From Balanoglossus misakiensis (taxonomy: Eukaryota > Animalia > Hemichordata): a stretch of DNA of 64,000 nt. Numbering within the stretch: the stretch's first letter is position 1; each line of letters opens with the position of its first letter. Positions 1 through 12,835 of this stretch are shown piece after piece. The stretch is taken from NCBI GenBank assembly GCA_040954595.2, contig CM082593.2, forward strand, positions 7,538,043 through 7,602,042, in the 5' to 3' direction. Made by a program: the position numbers and the translations under genes. The notes under the pieces were generated by a model. It was not told the DNA's origin. It made no database searches and saw nothing but the letters and a program-made list of their open reading frames with translations.

Positions 1-200
1 GTCAGAAAGTTACTTGCCAATTTCTCGCACTTAATGAAGAAAAACGAACCCCTGTCTGTACAGACAGCCAGAGACGGTGTTTATCCTCGAGATATAAAGC
101 CAAACGAAATCAACCAGTGTTGTACGCAACTGTAAAAGCCCCCCAGGGCATGTAATCTCATCTTTATCTAATTGGGTTTCATCCTATATGCTTACGACAG

Positions 201-3200
201 GGAAGGTACGGATACGCCGCTGTCCCCTGCCAGCGTCAGTGGCAGCTCGTCGTCGGGGTATGAGACCCCGCTCACGGAGACCGGCTTGGCGGAGAAGACC
301 TCTCTTCGAGAAAAGGTGGCCGAAGAAAAGAGGAATTTTGAGAAAACGAAAGAGATGAAGGTCGAGGTGGGTAAACTGTGTGTTTTGCTTCGATGATGGG
401 GATATAGTACATGTAATTGATAAAAGAAAGACTTGTATACTGCTGTGATGTGCAGGTGATGTGGAATGGGAGCAGTTTTACGTTACTCGTTACAAATGTT
501 GATTTACATCGGTTTCCGCTTATCGATATGTAACCTGTAAAAACGTATAAGCCAGAACGAAAGATGAACATGGAAAAAAATCTCCTTTTGTTTTTCTTCT
601 GGCAACCGACGCAGCAACCTCATAATTTTACGTGTCCTGGTGATCAAGTGGAGATATCTTTTTCTGCGTGACCCCAAGTGAAATGCTGTGATTGGTTAGA
701 GATCACCTATCCGTGGCTAATGCGGCTAGATTATTTAATGCTTGTATTTTTTAATGTCTGCAGAAATGAAAGCACCCATGGTATGACGCAAATACGCTAT
801 ATACATTAATTATTCCACTTCCACAATTTTACCTCGCGAACAAAAAAACCCTTAAATTGTTATTATTGGTCTTGGCACGCGTTATTCCAGCCTTTCCAGT
901 CAAAACGGGAACCTTAGTGAATTTTATAAAATACATAGCTTAGGCTTCTAGTTCAAAACCCGATTGTATCCCGTCTATTCAAATTGGAGTACACAAAATT
1001 AGAATGATTGGTGTGTGATACGTGTATTTTGTTTGAGTTGCGCCACACAGCTCTCAGTATTTCGAGCTGTTGTCAGTTTAACAACAGCATTATCGCCCGA
1101 CACTGAAATTCAGCAGTGTTGGTTCTCCCAGGTACATGTATGTGTGGCGATCGAACAGGAACATCATTGTGGAGGAAAGCGCCCAAACACAGCGTGATTT
1201 ACAACTCCAGGCCGACCAGTCAACTGTGTGAACTTCCCACGCACAACGAGTTATTACCGCAAAACCCAACCACTGACTACATATATATACATTTTAAGAA
1301 TCCAGTATGTTTGACGACTGTTATCAATCCGAGTGACTTGACCATCACCGATTCTTCTGAATCCTTAATGTAATTACCGAAATGGGCGAAGTCAAGACTC
1401 TTTTATTGACCTCGCGCGAACCAGAACGTCTCTCTAGACTCTGACGTTAAAGACGCCGTCCGCCCTACTCTAAGATATTACACCAACTCCTTCACGCAAG
1501 GGATATTTTATGACTGTCACAGTTTCGAACTAGTAAATGGAACAACGATGCTGGCAAGCGTTACTGTGCATGTTTGTCAACATCCATTCTTTGCTATGCA
1601 CATCCAACCAGCCCCGTGTTTACTGCTACGCCGAGCAAATTTGCCTCGAAGAAAAAACTCGAGACGTCATAAATCGTTCCTCGGAGTATACAACGAGTCC
1701 TGTCCATTGTGAGAACGATTCACGACTATTTGGGCCGTCAATGTTGTTGACAGACTCTCATCATAAACCCACATGAGCTTTGGAGTGGCTCTTGATAGCT
1801 CGACCTTTGGATTGCCAGGATTATAAGCGATAACGCCGACTGACGATTTCGGTTGTCTGTTTGATAGGAGACATATTTGTAACCACACGACTGAAGGTCG
1901 CGCATGTCGCCGCGTGCAGTGACTCGTTTGGAAACAAAAGCGATATTCATTTAATTTTTTTCGTCGGAGATGGAAAGTTTAAAAAAATAATCGCTCATTT
2001 GTGAATTATTGTCATGTGCACTCAGTCTGCCAAGTTCGAGTTGCTCTTGTTGACCACTGAGGGCGCCAGTTTTGTGGGCACAGCTACACAGCTTCATTTT
2101 ACATCTCTGAATAGCAAGATAGTGTATTATCAGTTTTTTCTACAGCCAAGCATTTAGCGTGGAGCTGATATGCAAAGTTAGATCACCCCATGACCTTTCC
2201 TTGAAAAGATGGAAACTGCGCCCTTAAAAGTTCTAAAATTGCCAATTCTTGGCAGTTTAACATTCACCGCTCGATTTACAGCCTTACTATGTTTGATCCC
2301 TGATCTCTGCCTATAGCTATGAGAGCATCCATTATACTTGTACGATAAATCTCTGCATTTTCAATGTTATTTTTATGGCGCTACCGTGGGGCTACAACAG
2401 AAATAAAAATATTATGAAAACAGTTATTCATCAATGGCTATTTTTTCATCTTAATTCACTGTGCCTCAGTACCACGCACAATCAAACCTGCTTTAGTGGC
2501 CAACTCTATAGAGTGGAAACTCGTATATAGAGTCACTGTGTTACACACCCTATATGGACACTGTCGGATTGAGTGTAATTGTCTGCCAATCTGTACATAT
2601 CAATCGCAGTTAATAACTATTTTTGTTTGTTTTCAGGATGACCTCGACCTCGCCTTCCAGTTCCTGAAAAACAGAGTTGGTCGGAACTGGAGAGAATTTC
2701 TGCGCGTGCTCGGGGCCAGCGAACCGGAGATCCGTAATCTGTGGCTGATCCACTTCAACGTGCGCGGATGGCACGACTGTATCTACCACGGGCTGTTGAT
2801 ATGGCGACGGCGCGAGAAGGACGGCGCGTCGCTGGAAAAATTAGTGAACGCCCTGACGCATATATCAGTCATGAGGAAGGATGTCGCAGGTAGGGTGATG
2901 TCAAAAGTAATTATTTCCAAGAAGTTGTAAATTTTAAATTTATGGCCCCGAGTACGGCAAGGCGATATCTAACGCATGCATAATTTGATGAATCGAGCAG
3001 GCGTTGCATTTGAGAATAGTTTGAGACGTCAACTTTTGACCTCAATTATTTTTTCATCATTCTACATCTGGTCTGTCCACGTATGGGAAAGCATAAATTT
3101 ACTAGCAACATCGACGCTAGAGGGCTCACTCCCATTGCACACAACATGGATGACAGTGAGATTGAAGCGTTTCGCTGTAACTGTTGGCTATTTTTGCAAT

Positions 3201-6189
3201 ATTTTTGTTCTGCGATATTTTGTTCGACTTCATAGGGCAAGATAAAATGTTTAATATTGAGCTTAACAAGATCACGATTTGGAAATCAGTCTTTTCCACG
3301 ATAAATGATTACTGATTTCTTCATGTCTTTGATATGACAGATGAGCTGCAGGTATACTGGGAAGAACTGAAAAGCTGTCGGAATCAGTCGACACCCTCCC
3401 CCGCGTGTGATGACATTTCACCCGTCGATCTGGGAACAGTAATGAGTCTGCGCCAACAGGACCTTGTGAAGGAACGCGAGCGAATGCTGGCCCTCTTGGA
3501 AGGTGGCCGAGTGTTGAAGCAGCAGAAACGGAAGGCTAAGCGCGACTTTTTCGGATTGATTGGTTCCGAGTCGTCGGCCTTTTCCCGCGTCGAGAAGCAG
3601 GACGCCGGGGAAATGACCGCAGAGATGAAAGAACACGAGCGGTCTTCGCCCGAACGTAAAAGAGACCGAATGGCGAAGTCCGAAAGTTGGCCGAAGGAAC
3701 GCTGGGTTGCCGATTGGGTGTGCGCCGATACAGATTTGACGCTGAAAGCGAACGACATTGATGACACTGTGAGTCCGAGATCCACCCGAGATAATCCTCG
3801 CGACCACTCGCTTGCCCGCAAGCTGGATTTTACCGCCAGCGATACGCCACCAGCGGCGAAAACGGAAAAGGTCCAACAAAATCCAGAGAACCCTGCGTGC
3901 GCGGGGAATGACGTCATCACGACCAGTTGTCAGGGAACTCCATCGTCCAAGTCAATCGGCCAGATTAGCAGTAAGTCTAGTGGATTCTACGGTTCAAACG
4001 GCGTTGCTGCTGAACCAGACTGGACGCCGTCGAATTTTGGCGTCGTGATTTCGGCAGCATCCCCCGACGATGGGTATTTCACTTTCCCTTCGTCGAAAAA
4101 TAACGTGACGAACAGTACAGCAAGTTCTACCCCGGCTGTACCTAATCCGGAGCTGAATATCCCCCGAGACAACGAGTCCGTCGACGACGGGTCCTATCAC
4201 ACTGCCTGCAGCGCGTCGCCCATGAACGTCACGCCGAGAACGACGCCCAAAGTCACCCGTCCCGCCGCGAAAAGCAGCGGGCGAGGGAGTACACTGGACC
4301 CGCCGCCGCACACGAATCGCTGGAGCAACTCAACAACGACGAACGAAGAACTACACTGGGAAGACTTCCAGAATCTGAGCTTGAAGGACTATCGCCTCAG
4401 CCGTGGCTTCGTGACCCCGAAGACCGCCGACAGTTCGGCAGCGTCAGAGCGGGGCACGGTGTCGCTGGAGGACATGGACTGGCAGCACTTCGACAACTCG
4501 ACACCGACCTACTGCACCAACAAGGGAATTCGGCATTTCACGCCGATTATTGCAAAGTCGACCGCCAGCAGCGTGGACTCGTCGAAGTTCAACGCCATCA
4601 ACGAAATCCCCGAGGACAACGCCCCCGAGAAAGACGACCAGATTTCGGAAGAGTCCGGCGACTATGTTATGGCAGATTCATTCCTTGAAACCGACGCGGC
4701 AAACGGAGAACGACCGGCGGGAACTCCCAAATCTGGTGACGTAGACTGTACAGCTTTGCTGAACGGAAAGTGCGCAGACGACAACCGGACCTCTGCGGAC
4801 ACAAACGCAGAAATTCTGCCGACATCTTCCGTGCCCGCAGACACAGGCCAGACGACAAAACCGGTGAAGTCGGACAAGAAGAAGAAGAAGAAAGACATAA
4901 AGCGCGCCAAATGGGTGGCTGACAGGGACATCTCAATAGACGATTTGGTCGAACCGATCGACGACTATCAGGACACGGACGGCGCGGAACCGGATAAACC
5001 GCGACGCAAACGCTACACCAAGAAAAGTCCGACCAAGAAAAACAGCCCTGTGAAGAAAGTCAAATCACCCAGCAAGCCAGTCGTTCAGCTGAAGCCCAAA
5101 CATGGCGGCGACAAAAAGTCTCCCAGAAAAGAGCGCCAAGCCAAGGTTTCAACGGACGACAAGGCGGTCTCCGAACCCGTCATGGCTGATGAGACAAAAC
5201 CGGGCTACAAAGAGAGCTCCGGGTCGTTGACAAATTCGCAGATGACGAGTAGTCCCGAGGTCACTCGGTGCATCATGTGCCCCCTGCCGACCTTCAGGAA
5301 AGCGCAGGTCAAGCCGACAGAGCACAAAGGATACAAGCCCCCTCCGTCACCATGGGAGCTGAGGCGCAACGGGAGCTCGGAGGAGGAGATCTCGAGGATT
5401 TTGGCAGATGCCGATAAGGCGAACGGGGTCGTCGGGGATGGGAAGAAATCGCCCGGGAAAAACTCAACCGCCTCCGGGGAAGTGAAAAAGTTCATGGAGA
5501 CGTTCCCCCGCTTCCATCGTTCCAGTAGAGGGAGTTCCGTCAAGACAGAGGAGTGCAACAGTAGGTATTCGCCCTGGGAAATGCGCCACGGGGGATCTGA
5601 AACGTCGAGGTCCGGTGCCCACCTGGTGGCCAGAAGCGCGTCCTTGTTGAACGGGAGCATCACGCCTTCGTTCGCGGACGACGTTTTCGATTCGCCGTGG
5701 ATCGAGATGGACGAGCTTGAAATGGAGAAACAGCGGCTTCTGAATGGTTCCAGCGGACTGTTCGATGATCTGCGCCAAAACGGCCTGCTAGATCTCCAGT
5801 CGGACGAGGTAGACGACGAGACCTGCTTCTTGCTTCTCGTCGGGGACGCCGTCAGGAAACTACTGGAGGAGAACAACCAGGACCAGAAGAATATTTACGC
5901 GCTGAAACAGCTGAGCGACAGTTTGTGCGAGGTGAATTTGCATAAGAAGTCAAAGAACTCAAAGCCCGGGAAACTTGCCCAGCGACGGTTCGGGCGCCGC
6001 CGGCGGTCGGATGAAGAAGTGCTGGCGAATGTCAAGCACACATTGTACGGCAACTACACTCTTAAATTCGAGCTGAGAAGAAACAAGAAAAGTAAAAAAC
6101 AAGTGAACGATAAGAAGTCGGGAAGGAAACAAAATCCCGCGAAGCCCCCGCGTAGTGGCGGGAAAATCCCTCGTGACTCGCCATCTTGA
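201..6189 (+). CDS. Death-domain-containing protein, 5'-partial; exons 201-366, 2637-2889, 3341-6189
   Basis: AG/GT-bounded exons join in phase (0, then 1). Exon 2637-2889 plus the start of the next exon read DDLDLAFQFLKNRVGRNWREFLRVLGASEPEIRNL...CIYHGLLIWRRREKDGASLEKLVNALTHISVMRKDVADEL, a death-domain pattern (W..L.R.LG; L..W....A.L..L..AL). The terminal exon is a ~950-aa S/T/P/K/D-rich ORF ending TGA at 6189. The first visible exon has an acceptor at 199-200, so the gene starts upstream of the window. The first donor could also be at 360/361. Confidence 0.75.
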
Positions 6190-8054
6190 ACAGTATTCAA
6201 CCATGCCAACAGGGGTATATTGCCTCCCTTGAAAATTATTCAACCAACCATGCCTTCGTGAGTGTGTGGACTCCCCCATTTATATGCGTGGTTGGTAAGG
6301 CCGGTCTTGCCAACTTTGAAAATAGGGGCGATGGATTAAATTTGACATTGAATTGGAACCTGCCAAGCATGGAGACGTGAACAGTGTCGCTTTGGAACAC
6401 TTGGGAGCCTAAACTTGTATTTCATACGTTACACCAGGAAAAAACAGTTTAGACTGTTGCAATGTTATAAAACCTATATTGTTGTACAGACGGGGTTTAA
6501 GGTATAAGTACTCCTATAGGACACAGGATGAAACTAGTAATCATCTGAACCTGGCGTGCCTGTGGTCACGTGTTGTACATATTTCAATATTCTCGTATTT
6601 ACTGTTGTGGGCATGCGCGGAACACCAGGCCTTCGATTTACACATATACATAGAGGCTGGCATATAATTCTAAGTTCTAAGTTCAGCTGAAGTTATTGAA
6701 GAAGTGTTTGATTTCATTATTAATATAATCCTGCATCCAATTTGCGAAAATAAAAAAAATGCCTGTGAACCATATAAAGCTAGTGTGTTGTATATTTAAT
6801 TTCTTCCGTAAATGGTCTTGTTTTTAAAATACTTTCCACCGCCCATTTATTTAGTGAAAAGAATCTATAAATCATTCTCGAAGAACAGCTCTGTTTATAA
6901 AAGCTTATTTACTAACGAGCCTTATATCTAAGTCAGTAATATTTTGCTTTGAGATAAACTCAATTTACATATTGGACAAAAACTTAATCCTGGGGTCGGG
7001 TTGTCACGGCGTGAGGAAAATTTGCTTGCCACCAAGAGACACTTTGGATCTTCAAGATATTTTATTGTCAGAAAAGAAAGCTCCGATATCTTTTGTCAGT
7101 AATTAACGAAACGACAAAATACCATCTGTGAAATATTTGCAATGACAATTACGTTCGATAATTTTAATGACAGGGAAGAAACAGTGATGTTTGTATATTC
7201 ATTCAAAGCTGCGTGTCACGAGAAGCCGCGACTCAACATAGAGTTCCCGAACAACCGGTTCAAAGGGAACGGTAGTCATCCACGACGGCGGCTACCATCA
7301 AAATCCATCATCATATCCCCTCAGATTCGCACTACCAACTTTCACTAACGCATTGACATGTTCAAAACTTACATGTACTTGGGCGTCGTATCGACCTTCC
7401 TTCCAGCAACTGCTTGGGTAAAAAAACACGGGGACGCATACACGTTGACTTCCAAATTTAATACGGAAGAAAAAAAATTACACGGACGCCTGCGCACTGA
7501 CCGCACACGCCAGGTCAAATAAAGCGCAATGCGACAAACGAAACTATGAATATGCATTGAATTCATGACACGGGTTTTGCCTTTCTTTGATTTTATTACA
7601 ATAAATTGCAATTCATTGGTCCGAACAACACTTCCAAAAATGCCAAAATACCGAAAGTAACGTACTTCAGAAAAGCGCGCACTCATGTATTCTAACCTTA
7701 TCCCAATAATATCTACGCATGTGGTTACGTTTTTGGTTCGCGGGCTTCACATCAATATAGGCCTACTCCCGCCTATAAATCAGCTTCTACATATCCTGTA
7801 AAATAATAGAATGCAATGTAGAACGCAATACCAGTGCTCGATCAGAACAATTTGGGCGCGAGTCGACTGACAAAAGTTATCTTCAACAAAAGGCGGGAAT
7901 TCATTTATGAAAGTACAAGTCACTGTGAAATCATAGCATGGTGTACTTTTCTGTGCTAGAGCTTTACCTAATGAGGGCGTTTTTCCCCGACCAAAGTACT
8001 AATTTTTTTATACGAACTTTAAACCCAATATTTCCCACAGTCCTTCAATTCGCA

Positions 8055-10146
8055 ATGGCGTCAAAACCAGAAACCAGGCGTGGCGATCTGGAGGAAATCA
8101 GCAACGATTTCCTCACTTGCAGTCTGTGTCTTGATTACTACAAGAACGCCAAAACTCTGCAGTGTCTACACACCTACTGCGAGCCGTGCCTGACGACTTT
8201 GGTGCAGAAGAGCGCCGGACCGCCAAAATGCCCCGAGTGCCGAAGCGATTTTCAACTTCCTGGTGGCGGGGTGGCAGACCTGACGTCGAATTTCTTCATC
8301 AACAGCTTGGTCGACTATATGAAATCTAAAGCCGTATTCACGTCAGAAGACGCAAAGATACCGTGCGGGGTCTGCGAGAAGTCAGCAGCGAGTCTAAGGT
8401 GCGCAGAATGTGCCGTTAAAGGGGAAATCCGCTGTAGCTGATTTCTACATAATTTGGTAGCTTTGATGTCTCTCTTTCAGAAAAAAACATATTCGCCATG
8501 TATAGGTCGCGCGATTTTTTACAATATCTAGGGAAAGTTGGCAATATGGCGTTTACTGTAATTTGAATCATGGGAAAAAAAGCGCCAGGAGCAACTTCCG
8601 CCCACCATGGTGTGGGTGATACCATTCTCCGATTGGTGTCACTGGTCGACAGACTAGGCGTATTTTCATAGCTATTGTTTGTTCTTTGCATCAGTTGATA
8701 AACAATCATCAGCAAAGTCGAAAATTTGTCATCTATTGACAGTTTTCATGGGCTATAACCCATGAAAAATATGCAAATACGCTTAGCTTGTGACACAGTG
8801 ACACCAATCGGAAAATGGTATCACCCACACCAAGGTGGGCGGAAGTTGGTCCTGGCGCTTTTTTTCCCATGATTCAAATTACAGTAAACGCCATATTGGA
8901 AATTCTGCCAACTTTCCCTACATTTTGTAAAAAATCGCGCGACCTATACATGGCGAATATGTTTTTTTCTGAAAGAGAGACATCAAAGCTACCAAATTAT
9001 GTAGAAATCAGCTACAGCGGATTTCCCCTTTAACATGTGTGCAGGCTGTGTCAGTGCACACGGCAAGTTCAGGGTAACGGCAGGTCACCGATTTTTCAAC
9101 CTGAGCGATCACGTGGATGTTGATTTGGCAGCGCGCCAAAGAATCGCCTACTGCAGAAGACACGAACGACAAGAACTGAAATTCTACTGTGATTCGTGCG
9201 AAGAGCCAATATGTCTGGAATGCACAGTCGTCGACCACCGAGTCCCAGAACACAAGCACAGGTATCTTAAAGACGCGGCCAAAGACGCCGTAGATGCTTT
9301 AGTAGCGCCCCGCGAAAAACTTCAAAGCAAAGAACAAGAGGCACGAGAAAGTATGAACGCGGCGGTGAAGGAACTCCAAGATGCACAGAACTGCTACGAA
9401 GAGGAGAAGACAAAGGTGAACGAACATGCAGAGGAAGTCATCCGGCAAACAAAAGAAAATAGAGAGAAGATACTCGAAGAATTGAAAGATAAATACGACA
9501 AGATCAAGAAACAGTTAGAAAGTGATACTGACCGATTTGAGATCGCTGAGAAGAATATCGCTAGTGTCAGAAAGTTTGTGGACGCGCTGGTCAGCTTTGG
9601 CGACGCGGGAGAGTTGCTGTTGGAAAGAAAACAAACCGAAGCTCGGATTGCTCAACTTCTGGCAACGGACACTTTGCATGATTCAATCAAACCAAAATTC
9701 GGAAAGTATGTGGCAAATGACACTGAACGCTGGTCGATAGGGTTTCTTGGAGAGTTAATGGATTTTTCAAAAGTTATCGAAACGCTGAGAATTCCTAAAT
9801 TCGCGGTTTCAAGAACCACCGAAGAAATTTCCCTGTGTGCCAAGAATTTAATAATAAGAGGCGGCGATATTTCGCAAAATCAGATCAGCATGACGGCTAC
9901 ATGCACTATCACCAATCCAGGCGGTTCAACAAAACAAATGGCAGTCTTTTCCAACTATGAGGGTGTGAGCACAATAAAATTTCTTGGAAACCAACTTGGA
10001 GTGTATCACGTAAACATATCCGTCGCTGGTTTTAAACTACCAGGTTCGCCTTTCAACATTGAAGTCTTGTCAGGTAGGATGACCATAATAAATTCGGACA
10101 TCCCTACCAAATACGCCCACAATCGTAATATGACATTTGATAATAT

Positions 10147-10225
<79 letters not shown>

Positions 10226-11143
10226 TCTGCACTAACAGCAGAGAGTGGTCTAAGTAAAAATTAACTGTTGGTACAGTAGTTTTGGGGCGATTTCTGCCAA
10301 TTTTTACACTTTGAGACAAGGGTCTGTCTCATGCCGACAATTTCCGTAAGAAACGTGTCTTGGTGAAAAATGTGACCGACCATCAAAAATCTCTTTCCTT
10401 TAACAACTGTTGACATGTCTCCAAATAACATCACATGTCCAGTCTTATTACAGAAGGTAGTGCAGTAGTAATGGGTAAAACAAGCCGAACAGTTTTTTCT
10501 TTACATTTTCAGATAAAGATTACATCGCTCAGCTGCAGGTTGGTACCAGAGTTGTGCGGGGAAGAGATTGGTTGTCATCAGTGTTTGGGAACCAGGTAAT
10601 GTGTACAACATTTATATACTTGGTGTACTGTGGTTTTGCTGCAGATATTTTTTTCAAATACGCGTCTGAATAACCCGGGGCTGTCTTTTTAGAAAAAATC
10701 TTGTTTCTGTTGTCTTGCCCAAAATTTCCATATTTTTCTTTTTAATGATTATCAGAAATGTCAATAAGTCTTCAAATTTTGACGCTGTGTTGAAACTTTC
10801 ATGATAAACTTGTGTTTATCTCCAGAGGCTCATGCCTGAAAGGATTTGCCAGTTAGTATCTTGACGATGGCTACGTTTGAATATCAATAAGTAAAATACC
10901 AATTGAATTAATTGTCAAGGGAATCCAACATATGATTACATATCCCTGGATAAAGTAAATGGTCTGTTTTGTTATTATTGATGGGTATAATGTGGTCATT
11001 ACATTTGAATACAGGATGGAACGCCACCTGGTGAAGGGACTGTCACATACATAGGAAGCTACATTACCGTGTCATGGAAATCTGGTGGAAGCAATGACTA
11101 CCGAATGAGTGAGTCCAGCCTTGACCTAAAAATCGTCCAGTAG
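8055..11143 (+). CDS. TRIM (RBCC) E3 ligase: RING, B-box1, B-box2, coiled coil, filamin/Ig-like, MIB/HERC2. B-box1 is interrupted by a MITE in this haplotype (probable disrupted allele)
   Basis: ATG at 8055 follows an acceptor at 8039-8040. RING: CSLC..CLHTYCEPC..CPEC. B-box1: CGVC..CAECA[insertion]MCAGCVSAH..GH. B-box2: CRRH..FYCDSCEEPICLECTVVDH. Then a coiled coil and filamin-like TITNPGG..LGVYHVNISVAGFKLPGSPFNIEV (exon ends 10073). Exons 10513-10595 and 11015-11143 give VGTRVVRGRDW..GNQDG..GEGTV..VSWKSGGSNDYRM..DL, stop TAG 11141-11143. Confidence 0.85.
8420..9029. mobile_element. Non-autonomous foldback DNA transposon (MITE), Kolobok/T2-type, TTAA target-site duplication
   Basis: TTAA at 8416-8419 and 9030-9033. 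Termini AGGGGAAATCCGCTGTAGCTG...CAGCTACAGCGGATTTCCCCT, with ~250-bp near-identical inverted arms (mirror ORFs 8416-8715 and 8815-9033 encode nearly the same peptide). TTAA plus AGG..CCT ends fits Kolobok/T2 rather than piggyBac (CCC..GGG). Confidence 0.93.
10146..10225. repeat. (TTTA)n microsatellite in TRIM intron
   Basis: Direct read; it explains the spurious IYLF tail of ORF 9035-10264. Confidence 0.95.
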
Positions 11144-12835
11144 ATCGCACACAGTTTTAACGTGTACTTTCCATTGTATACACTACTTCATTAACTCGCA
11201 CATTTCCATTGACCAGGATGCTTCCATCCTACAGAAGTCAGATTAGTCGAAGGATTCATATTACACGATATATTGTTTAGTTTATAGGCAATGATTTGTT
11301 CACGCCATGTCAAATTTATCAGATCGAGCCAAATTACCAGTATATCATAAAATGACCACTCGTTTATTTGTAGTATGTTGAACTATCAGCAGTCAGGTCA
11401 ACTGACGTGCAACTTAAACTAAAGAAGTTGCCATTTGACTTTTCGTCCACTGTTATACTCATATGTTATACATTTGTATATTACTATATACAGCTATATA
11501 TAAAAGGTATATAATGTACCACATGAATTGTGAACAAATTCTATATTTCATCCAAATACAGCAAATAATGACGAATAAACGCGAGGTCAAAAACCGTCTA
11601 GCGTAAACATAAACTTTATTACTGTCGTCCTATAATAAATAAAACATGGTAAAATAGCTTCATTAAATTACTTTACAATATCAATCATTCCATCTACTCT
11701 GTTGTTTCAGTAGATAATTGTGCGAAAATAACTGATGATATGTTCTGTATTTTGTAAAAAGGGACGTGCAGTTTATATACTTAGCATTGTAACAAAATTA
11801 CGAAGTTCATGTATACTATTTCGTATGTGATAATCCTTTGACCATTTTGACTTATTATTTTTTACACATTTCAGAACAAAGTTACTCATCGTAGAATGCA
11901 AAGTTGTGAAAATAAAGCATGTTATTATAATAAATATGCGATTTCTCAAAACGATACTGAAAACTATCAGTAAGGCTGCCAAATTCATTATTTCCAGAAA
12001 GATCAAGGTTTCTTATTAGAACGAAGTGGTTGTCAGCCATTTTGAATGTATGGTTGTCAGCCATTTTGAATGTAGACCCGCATTTTACCAAAATGTTGTG
12101 AAACCCATGAGAGTGTTTTTTGTTCTGTGCACAATTAAGAGGATTCCTGTGCGACTTCTTGATTATTCCTGTGTTATGATTGATATGTTATGGGTGACTG
12201 AATGCAGCACCAAACTGAATTACCGAAGAAATCGTTAAATATTGTTTTGATATGCAGATGGTTGGTTCATTTTGTTGTATTGTCGTTTCTGGAACTATCC
12301 CGTCAAGAAAAATTGTTCCCAATCTTCGATCATTTTTTTCCTGCTTGTTTGATACTTCTGTCATGTAGTCTTGTCACACTTCTTTGTATTCAAGATAAAT
12401 GTATATGAGAGGAATTCGTTAATAAACGACCGCAATGTTCAAACCATATACAAAGTCCAAACCGTGTGATTTGTTCTCAATCTGAGATATTCAGTCGTGT
12501 GCTGGCGCTCTTTCGCCTACGAAATTGTAGTGTTGGAGGCAAGTACTGAATCGTCGATAACAGCTTTTCTATCACGGAACCAAATGTTCCCGTGTGGTCA
12601 TTCCGAAAAAAGTTCATCTTGTGGTTTTGTCGTTTTGTTCTTGCGGTAAGAATGTATAAATGCATTCATATTCAACCAGCCTCGTGTCGTTTGCCTCAGA
12701 AGGTAGGCACATACTTCGAAGTTACAGATCTGCGGGCGCTTATTTTATTGACAGCGCCCCCATTTCTGTATAAACGCGCCAAGAAGGCTTAATCATAGAT
12801 GATGATGATGACGAAGGCAACGTCATGGTCCTTCA

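Noticed and set aside
3384-6279. Antisense ORFs within the large death-domain-gene exon
   Set aside because: They are shadow ORFs of a GC-rich coding exon.
8434-9017. In-frame splice-out of the MITE using GT at 8434 and AG at 9016-9017
   Set aside because: The frame would be kept, but the donor (T|GTAGCT) is weak, the acceptor lacks a pyrimidine tract, and extra residues would remain inside B-box 1. Not supportable without RNA data.
8416-9033. Mirror ORFs 8416-8715 (-) and 8815-9033 (+) as a duplicated small gene
   Set aside because: They are the two arms of the MITE inverted repeat and show no transposase or other motifs.
11574-11644. Overlapping convergent poly(A) signals of the TRIM and GCM-like genes
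   Set aside because: The sequence is AT-rich and an earlier minus-strand AATAAA exists near 12744; the 3' ends cannot be assigned from sequence alone.
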